A stretch of 64,000 nt of DNA from Candidatus Altiarchaeota archaeon (lineage in GTDB: Archaea; Altiarchaeota; Altiarchaeia; IMC4; SCGC-AAA252-I15). Below, in pieces: positions 43,014 to 51,186 of this stretch; the first letter of the stretch is position 1; each line of letters starts with the position of its first letter. The translations under genes were made by a program, and so were the position numbers. The stretch lies in NCBI GenBank assembly GCA_043804895.1, contig JAZDIN010000004.1, positions 8,887-72,886 on the forward strand. The letters run 5' to 3'. Under the pieces are notes generated by a model. The model made no database searches. It was not told the DNA's origin and saw nothing but the letters and a program-made list of their open reading frames with translations.

Positions 43014-44719
43014 GCACCACCCGAGATCTCGTATAGAATGAATCCTTCTCCTGTCGTTGCGTCGGTTTCTGTTCTTATTATCTTAAGGTGTTCGTCCTCT
43101 TGGCCGCGGGTTATCTTGTAGGATGCCATGTCGTTGACGATTGTCCCGACTGGGATGCCTTCTGGCCTGAGGATTAGGCCACGGGAGGATTGTGTCAATC
43201 CTGTGACGTCTTTGGTTTCGCTCGGGTCCGCAGCCCTTATCATGATGTACTTGACTCCTTCTTGGGAGAGTTTTGCTGAGGATTCTCCTGAAGGCATCCA
43301 CAGTAGGTTGTGTATTCCGGTGTTTATCTTGTTAGGGGTTGAGACTGCCTTAAGGCCTGAGACGACTTCGGCCATGTACCCGCGGTCCCATGCTGTGAGT
43401 ATGGTGCCGCCTTTGTTGTTTCCGCCGAGCCATTTTAGCAGGGAATACTCCGCTTCCGTGACTATCCTGTCAGCATCGACCGAGTATGTGTAGGCTGCGT
43501 TCACTGCCGCCCCGACGAGGAGGACTGTCACCAGGAGGGGAAGCATCTTGTCCTGCTTTTTCCCAGCCCACAAGAGGTAGAGCAACACGGAGCCTCCTGT
43601 TAGGAATACGGCGGCGTATACGAGCCTGGTGGTTGTGAGAATTAGCATGAGGGCGAAGACTGATATAGAGAAGGCCAGGGTCGCCTTGAATTTGGCTTTG
43701 TTTTTCCAGGCGCCCCAGTCAGCGATGGCATACGCGACTAGTATTGCGACTCCGATGTCTGAGATTCTGGTTCCGCGGTCCATGACAGACGCTATCAACA
43801 GGCCCACCACTGTCAAGGTGATGCCGATTGTGTCCTTGCGCTTGTAGGCTGCGACGGCAGCGAATGGCATGAGGAAGATTAGTATGTTGCACCTCAGCCA
43901 TATGTTGAGTAGGTTGGTTGGCAGCACATCCCCGCTCCCCATCCTACCTTGAGGTAGGCCTTTCAATGCGCCCTCAACCAAGGAGGGGACCATGAACTGT
44001 CCGACTGTGAGCATTCCGATGGCGAGGAGGAGTAGGAATACTTTATAGGCTGAGTCCTTGCTGTGCGTGCGCCATATTTTAGGCGACATATGCTCAAGTA
44101 GCCTGTAACCGACATATACCGCTGCGACACCGACCGCAACCTTAATGGACTCGTTGATGTAGAGCGCATGGTAGATTAACGCCGCATAAGCTGCGGCGCA
44201 GAGGATGGCGCCCCGACAACCGGACTTGAAGGCCTTGACTGTAAGCACCAGGCTTGCGACAACAAGCGCAAGTTGTAGGTGGTCGTGCGTGAATCCTACG
44301 AGTGAGATTGCCAGCGGCTCGACCATGCCACCGTATACGATTCCTGCTGCGAAGCCAGTCCTCTGGTCGTAGAGTTCCCTCACAAGGAAGTAGAGTAGAG
44401 CGGCAGTCAACGCCGATAGGGCTGCTGAGGTGAGGAGTACGCCGTACAATGACGCTCCATAGGGCAATAACGCGCCAACAGCTCGCAAAATCCACACCGT
44501 CGGGTCAGCCAACTTATAGGCAGGCAGTTTCGTGCCTTCCATGACGCCGACATAAAACCAGGTCTCAACAGAGTTCACAGCATGCCATCCGAAACGCAAC
44601 TGGAACAGGAGATCCAACAGGAGCCTGACAACAAACGATGCGATGAACACTACAAGAGCAGCAACCAATGCACCCTTCCCTAAAAGACCATCAAGTATTG
44701 ACGTGACCTTAGGCTTCAC
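43010..44719 (-). CDS. Polytopic GT-C-fold-like membrane glycosyltransferase (possibly a short AglB/STT3-like or PMT-like enzyme)
   Basis: 569 aa with about 12 TM helices and a soluble C-terminal domain. TAWDRGYM resembles the WWDYG motif of oligosaccharyltransferases. The assignment is tentative. Confidence 0.45.
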   Translation of the reverse strand: MKPKVTSILDGLLGKGALVAALVVFIASFVVRLLLDLLFQLRFGWHAVNSVETWFYVGVMEGTKLPAYKLADPTVWILRAVGALLPYGASLYGVLLTSAALSALTAALLYFLVRELYDQRTGFAAGIVYGGMVEPLAISLVGFTHDHLQLALVVASLVLTVKAFKSGCRGAILCAAAYAALIYHALYINESIKVAVGVAAVYVGYRLLEHMSPKIWRTHSKDSAYKVFLLLLAIGMLTVGQFMVPSLVEGALKGLPQGRMGSGDVLPTNLLNIWLRCNILIFLMPFAAVAAYKRKDTIGITLTVVGLLIASVMDRGTRISDIGVAILVAYAIADWGAWKNKAKFKATLAFSISVFALMLILTTTRLVYAAVFLTGGSVLLYLLWAGKKQDKMLPLLVTVLLVGAAVNAAYTYSVDADRIVTEAEYSLLKWLGGNNKGGTILTAWDRGYMAEVVSGLKAVSTPNKINTGIHNLLWMPSGESSAKLSQEGVKYIMIRAADPSETKDVTGLTQSSRGLILRPEGIPVGTIVNDMASYKITRGQEDEHLKIIRTETDATTGEGFILYEISGGA

Positions 44720-45234
44720 TCTAACCCGACAACCCCACCGCTGTTGAAAATTGCATTGAATGTCGCCTCCCTGACAGCAGCCAGGTACTTCTCCCGTTCG
44801 GCTGTCTTCTCTATCTGGAGAGCGTACAACGCGTCAGTGACCCCGGCATCGATTATGAGGGCTTCTATGTTCGCCAGCATCTCAATGTACAGTTTACGCT
44901 CTATCGAGGCCTTCTGCATCACTGAGAGAGGCCTTAAACCCTCACCCAAAGCGGAGGGTATGAGGGAGACGCTGAGTATCTCCGCGTCGTCTGTGCTGGA
45001 GCCTGAGCCTGCGAGCGTTGTGCCGTACTTCTTCCACTCGAGGATGGATAGGTTGTTGACGCCGAGATTCTTCAGAGACTTCAACACCTCATCCAGGTTC
45101 TCGCTCCTAATCTGGAGGCTCACCTCCCTACCGACGAGAGAGAACTGGAGTATGCCCTCATGGGGTATGCTCTTGAATAGGTCGCACGAGTCCCCTGAGA
45201 ATGAGCCGCCCAAGGCGACCTTATGGCCTTTCAC
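44716..45234 (-). CDS. Hypothetical protein (172 aa), overlapping the start of the GT-C-like gene by 4 nt
   Basis: The ORF fills the interval. No motif recognised. Confidence 0.5.
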   Translation of the reverse strand: MKGHKVALGGSFSGDSCDLFKSIPHEGILQFSLVGREVSLQIRSENLDEVLKSLKNLGVNNLSILEWKKYGTTLAGSGSSTDDAEILSVSLIPSALGEGLRPLSVMQKASIERKLYIEMLANIEALIIDAGVTDALYALQIEKTAEREKYLAAVREATFNAIFNSGGVVGLE

Positions 45235-45263
45235 GCTATCCTATAGGGGGTGCAGGGTATTAT

Positions 45264-45310
45264 ATTCGAGAGCATAACCTTTTTGACTTGGATTTTATAC
45301 TCCCGAATAT
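45264..45310 (+). repeat. Hairpin module M1 (47 nt), copy A
   Basis: attcgagagcataacctttttgacttggattttatactcccgaatat. Its stem has 2 mismatches relative to copy B. It is preceded by tattat. Confidence 0.75.
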
Positions 45311-45364
45311 GTGGCTGAGACATATGTCTCAGACACATTCGACAGCCAATAGGCTGTCGCATAT
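45311..45364 (+). repeat. Hairpin module M2 (54 nt), copy A, lying between M1 and M3
   Basis: gtggctgagacatatgtctcagacacattcgacagccaataggctgtcgcatat, with hairpins ctgagac/gtctcag and cgacagcc/ggctgtcg. In the other locus M1 and M3 are directly adjacent. Confidence 0.8.
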
Positions 45365-45426
45365 ATCTGAGGGCACAAGGCTTATGATACCCCCTAGGAA
45401 TTCTAAAGAATTATGCCCTCAGCTAT
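45365..45426 (+). repeat. Hairpin module M3 (62 nt), copy A
   Basis: atctgagggcacaaggcttatgataccccctaggaattctaaagaattatgccctcagctat, with terminal arms that pair. Confidence 0.75.
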
Positions 45427-45440
45427 AAATCCGGCCGACT

Positions 45441-46040
45441 TCACAGCGCGGAGGCCGCAATGGTCAGTATCCCCTTCTTTATGAACTCGACCGCTATCGC
45501 GGCGAGGAGTAGACCCATTATCCTTGATGATATTGCCATCCCCTTCTCGCCTAGGAGAATTCGCAGCGGCTCTGACATCTTCAGGATAAGCCAGACCACG
45601 ACAATGGCGAATATTGCGGCAATGAGCGAGGGTATGTAACCGTATTCGGCCACCATTATCATCGTAGTGGTTAGGACCCCAGGCCCGGTTATCAGCGGCA
45701 CTCCGATAATCATGATGGACGCGTCAACGTCAACCTCACGCTTCTTGTCGTAGAGGTTGCCGAGTATGAAGTTAATTGAGATGACCAGGAGGACTATGCC
45801 GCCTGCCACTTGGAAGCTTGAGATGCTTACCCCAAGGATTGAGAGGAGCACAGGGCCTATCACTAGGAACACGAGCATGGTGATTCCCGCAATCTCGGTC
45901 GCATGATTTATGGCATCAGCCTTCTCCTTATCTGTGAATTTCTTGGATATGCCAAGGAAGTAGGCCACGCTTGTGAAAGGGTTCATGATAACCAGGAACG
46001 ATATGAAGATGTGGCCTAGTTCGTGAGACATGAAATCCAT
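45441..46040 (-). CDS. MarC-family (UPF0056) integral membrane protein
   Basis: 199 aa with 6 TM segments and an N-terminal FLVIMNPF motif typical of MarC. Confidence 0.8.
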   Translation of the reverse strand: MDFMSHELGHIFISFLVIMNPFTSVAYFLGISKKFTDKEKADAINHATEIAGITMLVFLVIGPVLLSILGVSISSFQVAGGIVLLVISINFILGNLYDKKREVDVDASIMIIGVPLITGPGVLTTTMIMVAEYGYIPSLIAAIFAIVVVWLILKMSEPLRILLGEKGMAISSRIMGLLLAAIAVEFIKKGILTIAASAL

Positions 46041-46094
46041 AGCCTAATTACATGTCAGAACGCCTTATTAAGCTGTCTTTGAGAGTATTAGGCG

Positions 46095-46688
46095 ATGGCC
46101 TACCATTACAGGAACCTTGTTTTGGAGACCTCTGAGGACGTCTACAAGCCTGCTGAGGACTCCCTGCTTTTAGCCGGGAACGTTGTTGTAGAGGGGGGTT
46201 CAGTGCTTGACATTGGGACCGGGACAGGCATACAGGCCCTGAACGCGGCTAAGGACGCTGAGTACGTCGTCGGAGTCGACATCAACCCCGCTGCTGTCGA
46301 GCTGGCGAGGAGGAACGCGCAAGCCAACGGCATAGGGAATGTTAAGTTCATTGTAAGCGACCTGTTTGAGAACGTCGAAGGCAGGTTCGACACAGTCATA
46401 TTCAACCCCCCATACCTCCCAGTAAGCGAGGATGGGAGCCTCGCGAAAGCCTGGAGCGGAGGACACGACGGCGTGGAAGTCATCGACAGGTTCATCAAAC
46501 AAGTCAAAGGCCACCTCAACCAAAGGGGGAGGGTATTCCTCCTTGCATCTTCAGTGAACAACCTAGACGACGTGCTGGTGGAGTTTGGAGGGGAATGCCT
46601 TCAAGCGAGGGTCATTGCAAAGGAGAAGTTGTTCTTCGAGGAGCTGTGCGTCGTGTCCGCCTTTTTAAGCGGCGGGAATAATGTTTAG
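46095..46688 (+). CDS. HemK/PrmC-like N5-glutamine (or related) methyltransferase
   Basis: VLDIGTGTGIQAL (motif I) and the catalytic motif VIFNPPY. Confidence 0.75.
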   Translation: MAYHYRNLVLETSEDVYKPAEDSLLLAGNVVVEGGSVLDIGTGTGIQALNAAKDAEYVVGVDINPAAVELARRNAQANGIGNVKFIVSDLFENVEGRFDTVIFNPPYLPVSEDGSLAKAWSGGHDGVEVIDRFIKQVKGHLNQRGRVFLLASSVNNLDDVLVEFGGECLQARVIAKEKLFFEELCVVSAFLSGGNNV

Positions 46689-48264
46689 CATGGAAAAATA
46701 TCTTTTTTCTCTTGGAGTGATTTTACTGCTGGCATCTAACGCGTGCGCTGACGAGTACCTCAAATCCACATGTCAGTCGATACTCACGAACGACTACATC
46801 AACCTGATAAGGGTCGACGACGCGAACAATGACGGGAAACCGGACATCCTAGTGGGTACGTCAGTGAACGGCATACTATATGATTATATTTACCAGGGTG
46901 CCGAGTGCACAGGCGACTGGAGCGCAAGAAACAACGGAGGATGGAGCTTCGACACCCCCGGCGACGTTAAAAGCTTCCAAGTCACCGACCTAGACAACGA
47001 CGGGGTAAAGGATATCGTGATGAACTCAGCACCATCGACGCGCTCAAAAAGCGGCCCCAGACCAACAGAATACGTGATGGTTATCAAGGCCATCAAAGGC
47101 AACTACGCCGAATTCTGGAACTTCAACACAGAGTGCGGACTCACAAACAGCGTGTATGCTGCTGACGTGGACGGAAGCGGCAAAGGCAATGTCATAATGG
47201 GTACTCAGAGTAACAAGGTCTGCGTCCTACAGGACAACACCAAACAGAAAAACCCAGTCCTTTGGAGCTACCTCACCCCTTACCAGGGCATGATGGTCAA
47301 CTTTGTGAAAGCCACCGACATAGACGGCGACGGGAACATTGAAACCGTAGCGCTCTCAAGCAAATACCTGGACGCCTACATCTACGCGCTCGATAAGAGC
47401 GGGAAATTGAAGTGGGAGTCGAGGATAGACAAGGGAGTCCATAAGGCAGCCCTGCCTTCGAACATAATGGATGTCGCAGACCTGGACGCAGACAACCAAT
47501 ATGAGACCATAGTCGGCACATACGGGAACGGCGTTGTAGTCCTAGACAGCAAAGGCGCGGTAAAATGGAGCTACAATACCCCGACCCTAGTGTCAAGCAT
47601 ACTCGTAACAGACATAGAAGGAGATGGAAAAAAGGACGTCATGGTGGGTTCAGCCCCGAACGTCATCGCACTCGACTGGAGCGGAGCAGTAAAGTGGACG
47701 TGGACTAGCCCAATCAAAAACGGCACAATAAACAGCATGTCAGCCTATGACGTCGACGGCGACGGCAAACAGGAGATAGCAGTCGGCACAACCAAGTACC
47801 TGTACGTCATCGACCACGACGGCACACTGAAGGGAAGCTGGAAGTACACCATCGAAATACAGGGGATAACGAAAGCCTACGAGGAACGAGACGCGGACGC
47901 GGCCGCAGTCTACATGGGCGACCTAGACTCAGACGGCGAGGTTGAGATAACAGCAGCCTGGAACTGGGAGCAGGGGACGATAGTAGGCAACCAGTACAGC
48001 ACCACACTACGCGTGTACGAGATAAACAAGGACTACCAGCCAACAACGACCGAAACCCTGCCTAAGGCGACGGTAACGACGTTAGCTAAGCAGCAGATTA
48101 TAACAGAGGAAGAAGATACGACAACCAGCACAATCGCAGAAGAGACGCAACCCGAAGAAGAAGAGGAGAAGGGAGGGATATGCGGCCTACCGATGCTGCT
48201 CGCAGTCCTGGCGTTAGCAGCGGCAGTCATGATGAAAGTTCCACTGGCTATAAGGAGGGATTGA
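46681..48264 (+). CDS. Secreted FG-GAP/VCBS-like beta-propeller repeat protein with a C-terminal TM anchor
   Basis: Signal peptide LFSLGVILLLASNACA. There are repeated D.DGDG / D.N.DGK.D Ca-binding-like loops (DANNDGKPD, DLDNDGVKD, DVDGSGKG, DIDGDGNIE, DIEGDGKKD, DVDGDGKQE, DLDSDGEVE). A T/E-rich linker leads to the tail GGICGLPMLLAVLALAAAVMMKVPLAIRRD. Confidence 0.75.
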   Translation: MFSMEKYLFSLGVILLLASNACADEYLKSTCQSILTNDYINLIRVDDANNDGKPDILVGTSVNGILYDYIYQGAECTGDWSARNNGGWSFDTPGDVKSFQVTDLDNDGVKDIVMNSAPSTRSKSGPRPTEYVMVIKAIKGNYAEFWNFNTECGLTNSVYAADVDGSGKGNVIMGTQSNKVCVLQDNTKQKNPVLWSYLTPYQGMMVNFVKATDIDGDGNIETVALSSKYLDAYIYALDKSGKLKWESRIDKGVHKAALPSNIMDVADLDADNQYETIVGTYGNGVVVLDSKGAVKWSYNTPTLVSSILVTDIEGDGKKDVMVGSAPNVIALDWSGAVKWTWTSPIKNGTINSMSAYDVDGDGKQEIAVGTTKYLYVIDHDGTLKGSWKYTIEIQGITKAYEERDADAAAVYMGDLDSDGEVEITAAWNWEQGTIVGNQYSTTLRVYEINKDYQPTTTETLPKATVTTLAKQQIITEEEDTTTSTIAEETQPEEEEEKGGICGLPMLLAVLALAAAVMMKVPLAIRRD

Positions 48265-48788
48265 TGTCAGAGCGAGGACTAGTTGAGTCGGCCTTGTTCG
48301 TTGCTGGGGGGAACCTCACCCCTGAGAAGCTGGGTAAGATCTGCAACATAGACCCGAAGAGGGTGAGGGAGATTGCAGATGACCTTGCGCGAGAGTATTC
48401 GCAGCGCGACGGCGGCGTGGAGGTGTTCAAATCAGAAAAAGCCTACGGGATGCGAATGAAACCCGAATACGAGGAGTCAGTCACCCAACTCATACCAGAG
48501 ACGGACATGCCGAAGGCCATGCTCAAGACCCTAGCCATGATAGCCTACGAGCAGCCGATAAAACAATCCTACCTCGTGAAAATACGCGGCAACCGCGTCT
48601 ACGACTACATGAAAAAACTGGAGGAAATCGGATTCATAGAACGCAAAGACGAAGGCCACACGAAGATACTCACCACAACAGTGAAATTCAGGCAGTATTT
48701 CAGGATAAACGACGCCAAAGAACTCGTCAAAAAGACCCCCGAACCCGAGGAGCCACAGCAGACGAAACTCGAAGAGACGGTTAAATAG
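48264..48788 (+). CDS. scpB: Segregation and condensation protein B
   Basis: MSERGLVESALFVAGGNLTPEKL...LKTLAMIAYEQPIKQSYLVKIRG...FIERKDEGHT is the tandem wHTH ScpB pattern. The start overlaps the upstream stop (TGATG). Confidence 0.8.
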   Translation: MSERGLVESALFVAGGNLTPEKLGKICNIDPKRVREIADDLAREYSQRDGGVEVFKSEKAYGMRMKPEYEESVTQLIPETDMPKAMLKTLAMIAYEQPIKQSYLVKIRGNRVYDYMKKLEEIGFIERKDEGHTKILTTTVKFRQYFRINDAKELVKKTPEPEEPQQTKLEETVK

Positions 48789-48812
48789 GGCTTATGCGTA
48801 TTATTTAGTTGG

Positions 48813-49406
48813 GTGATGTTGATGATACTTGCTGCGTTAGGTTTGATGGGCGTTTTGCTTTTAGGCGTTGTCGGATTAGTGGTGGTTTTCGGCGTAGCTG
48901 TTGTGATTATCTACAACGGCCTCGTCGGCCTCAGGAACCAGTGTGAGAACGCTTGGAGCCAGATTGACGTTCAGTTGAAGAGGAGGAACGACCTGATACC
49001 GAACCTAATAGAGACTGTCAAAGGCTACGCGAAGCATGAGAGGGAGACGTTCGAGCTCGTCACCCAGGCGAGAGCCTCCATGGCGAACGCGAAGACAGTG
49101 AAGGAGAAGTCCGCTGCCAACAACATCCTAACCGGGGCGCTGAAAACCCTGTTCGCCGTCGCTGAGAACTATCCGCAACTGAAGGCTAACGAGAACTTCA
49201 TCCAGTTGCAGGAGGAGCTGACGACCACTGAGAACAAGATATCGTATGCGAGGCAGTTCTACAACGACTCTGTGATGCGATACGACACCAAGAGGCAGAC
49301 GTTCCCGAGCAACATCGTAGCCGGGATGTTCCGCTTCGTTGACAAAGACTACTTCGAAACCGCAGAAGCAGAGAAGGCCGTTCCGAAGGTCGACTTCAGC
49401 AAGTAA
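48813..49406 (+). CDS. lemA: LemA-family protein
   Basis: An N-terminal TM segment, then [32 protein letters not shown]...[13 protein letters not shown]...EN.ISYAR..YN. Confidence 0.85.
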   Translation: MMLMILAALGLMGVLLLGVVGLVVVFGVAVVIIYNGLVGLRNQCENAWSQIDVQLKRRNDLIPNLIETVKGYAKHERETFELVTQARASMANAKTVKEKSAANNILTGALKTLFAVAENYPQLKANENFIQLQEELTTTENKISYARQFYNDSVMRYDTKRQTFPSNIVAGMFRFVDKDYFETAEAEKAVPKVDFSK

Positions 49407-50323
49407 TGGAAAAGATAAGCTTCTACGACCAGATTGAGAGGAACAAGAGGTACTCCTGGGCGCTGGTCATAGCGGTGCTAGCCATGTTGGCCGTGATGTC
49501 GGTGGTGTTCTCGCTAGTATTCGCGAGAGCCTACGGCATAGGGGGCATGTTCCTGTTCCTCATGTTCTCCACCCTCTTCAACATAGGGTACATACTCGTC
49601 ACCTACTACAAGTCCGCTGAAATCGCCCTAATGTCCGTGAACGCGCAGCCAGCGGAGGGGGAGAAGTACAAGCAACTGAACAACATCGTAGACGAGATGA
49701 CCATCGCGGGGGGAGTCCCGAAGCCGAAGGTCTACGTGATGCCCTCACCTGACATAAACGCGTTCGCAACAGGAAGGGACCCCCAGCACAGCGTAGTGTG
49801 CGTGACAGAAGGGTGCCTTACAAAGCTTAACAGGCAGGAGCTCCAAAGCGTCATAGCCCATGAGATGACCCACGTAAGAAACTACGACATAAGGTTCGTG
49901 ACCCTCGTCGCAGTCATGGTCGGCCTGGTGTCGATAATGGCCCACCTCTTCCTCAGGAGCATGTGGTACTCCGGAGGCGGCGGCAGGAGGGACAGAGGAG
50001 GCGGACTCATGATAGTCCTCATGCTCGCTGGGGTGATTCTATCGATTGTGGCGCCGCTTATTGTGAAGCTCGTGCAACTGGCCATCTCAAGGAAGAGGGA
50101 GTACATGGCCGACGCCGGAGCAGTCGAACTGACCAGATACCCGGCAGGGATGATAGGAGCACTGGAGAAGATAAGAGACAATTACAAGGCCGGATTGAAG
50201 ACGAAGGTCGACGAGACCGTCGCCCCCATGTTCCTCGCCGACCCCACCAAAGGCAGATTCTGGGACATGTTAGAAACCCACCCACCAATAGAAGACAGGA
50301 TAAAAGTGCTGAAAGCGATGTAG
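49406..50323 (+). CDS. M48-family (HtpX-like) zinc metallopeptidase, translationally coupled to lemA
   Basis: HEMTHV (HExxH) and a downstream REYMAD glutamate. There are 4 TM segments, and the start codon overlaps the lemA stop. Confidence 0.8.
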   Translation: MEKISFYDQIERNKRYSWALVIAVLAMLAVMSVVFSLVFARAYGIGGMFLFLMFSTLFNIGYILVTYYKSAEIALMSVNAQPAEGEKYKQLNNIVDEMTIAGGVPKPKVYVMPSPDINAFATGRDPQHSVVCVTEGCLTKLNRQELQSVIAHEMTHVRNYDIRFVTLVAVMVGLVSIMAHLFLRSMWYSGGGGRRDRGGGLMIVLMLAGVILSIVAPLIVKLVQLAISRKREYMADAGAVELTRYPAGMIGALEKIRDNYKAGLKTKVDETVAPMFLADPTKGRFWDMLETHPPIEDRIKVLKAM

Positions 50324-50363
50324 AGGATTCAAACACGCAGTCCCAAGGATTAACTGATAAGCT

Positions 50364-50732
50364 ATGTTCTACGGGAGGAATATACCAGCAGCGTTGATGA
50401 GAAGTGGGTTAGAGGATAGGCTGCTTAGGGTGTGCGAGGAGGAGGACTTGTCCTACCTGGCATTGTTCGGCTCCTATGCTAGGGGGAAGGCGAAACCAAG
50501 GAGCGATTTGGACATAGCGATAGAGTATGAGAAAGGCGCGGATAAGACACTCTTTGACTTGATTTCATTGGAGGAGAGGTTGCGGAGGCCTTTCAGGAGG
50601 AAAGTCGACCTTGGGATTCACGATACCATAAGCCCGCACGTGATAGATAACGTCAGGAAGGACATGAGGGTCATATATCAACGACTGCCGGCTAAAGCCG
50701 GCAGTTTGATACGCCGGAAACTGCCTAGTTGA
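50364..50732 (+). CDS. Minimal nucleotidyltransferase (MNT antitoxin); its C-terminus is extended by insertion of element Z
   Basis: LFGSYARGKAKPRSDLDIAIE matches the GS...D.D NTase motif. The last 17 aa, QRLPAKAGSLIRRKLPS, are encoded by the 102-nt element and recur in the spurious ORF 30438..30650. Confidence 0.75.
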   Translation: MFYGRNIPAALMRSGLEDRLLRVCEEEDLSYLALFGSYARGKAKPRSDLDIAIEYEKGADKTLFDLISLEERLRRPFRRKVDLGIHDTISPHVIDNVRKDMRVIYQRLPAKAGSLIRRKLPS

Positions 50733-50780
50733 GTGGAGTACATGCAACTGTCCCTTGGAAGGGACAGTTTCCGAGCGTAT
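50679..50780 (+). repeat. 102-nt structured element, copy Z (inserted at the MNT/HEPN junction)
   Basis: caacgactgccggctaaagccggcagtttgatacgccggaaact...gtcccttggaagggacagtttccgagcgtat. It is flanked by TAT (50676-50678) and ends in TAT (50778-50780). Removing it restores an overlapping gene pair. Confidence 0.85.
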
Positions 50781-51111
50781 GAGAAACGATAAGGCCTACA
50801 TCAAACACATATATGATACGATAATTGATTTGGAGGGGTTCACAAAGGACGCGACCCTAACGGATTTCCTTAAAGACACGGAGAAACAATACGCTGTGAT
50901 ACGGGCCTTTGAGGTCATAGGCGAGGCCTCCAAGAACATAAGCGCTGAATTCAAAAAGAAGCATCCTGGTGTGCCGTGGACGAAGATGTCTGCGATGAGA
51001 GATAATTTGATACACGGATACTTCGGAGTCAACCTTGAGTTGGTCTGGAGCACAGTGAAGGTGAACATACCAGAGATAAAGAACAGGATAAAAGCGCTGA
51101 AGGCGAGGTGA
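50779..51111 (+). CDS. HEPN-domain protein (DUF86 type), toxin partner of the MNT
   Basis: MRNDKAYIKHIYDTI... with the R(x)4-6H motif RDNLIHGY. The track ORF starts 24 nt upstream, inside the element. Confidence 0.75.
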   Translation: MRNDKAYIKHIYDTIIDLEGFTKDATLTDFLKDTEKQYAVIRAFEVIGEASKNISAEFKKKHPGVPWTKMSAMRDNLIHGYFGVNLELVWSTVKVNIPEIKNRIKALKAR

Positions 51112-51162
51112 ACTGAACTAAGGCACATGACTTGTGCCAGCGCTTCGTGGGCGGTATTTATT

Positions 51163-51181
51163 CATGTATTTGCATGTATTT
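51163..51181 (+). promoter_or_regulatory. Tandem direct repeat catgtattt x2 (10-bp period) just upstream of the RHH gene; operator-like
   Basis: ttCATGTATTTgCATGTATTTatgcaATG, with copies at 51163-51171 and 51173-51181. The ATG is at 51187. Confidence 0.35.
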
Positions 51182-51186
51182 ATGCA

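Noticed and set aside
50679-50780. The 102-nt element as a bulge-helix-bulge archaeal intron or a self-cleaving ribozyme (hammerhead).
   Set aside because: The sequences flanking the two junctions are not complementary, so no BHB motif can form. The hammerhead core (CUGANGA ... GAAA) is absent: ctgaggg in copy Y fails the GA requirement, and copy Z lacks it altogether.
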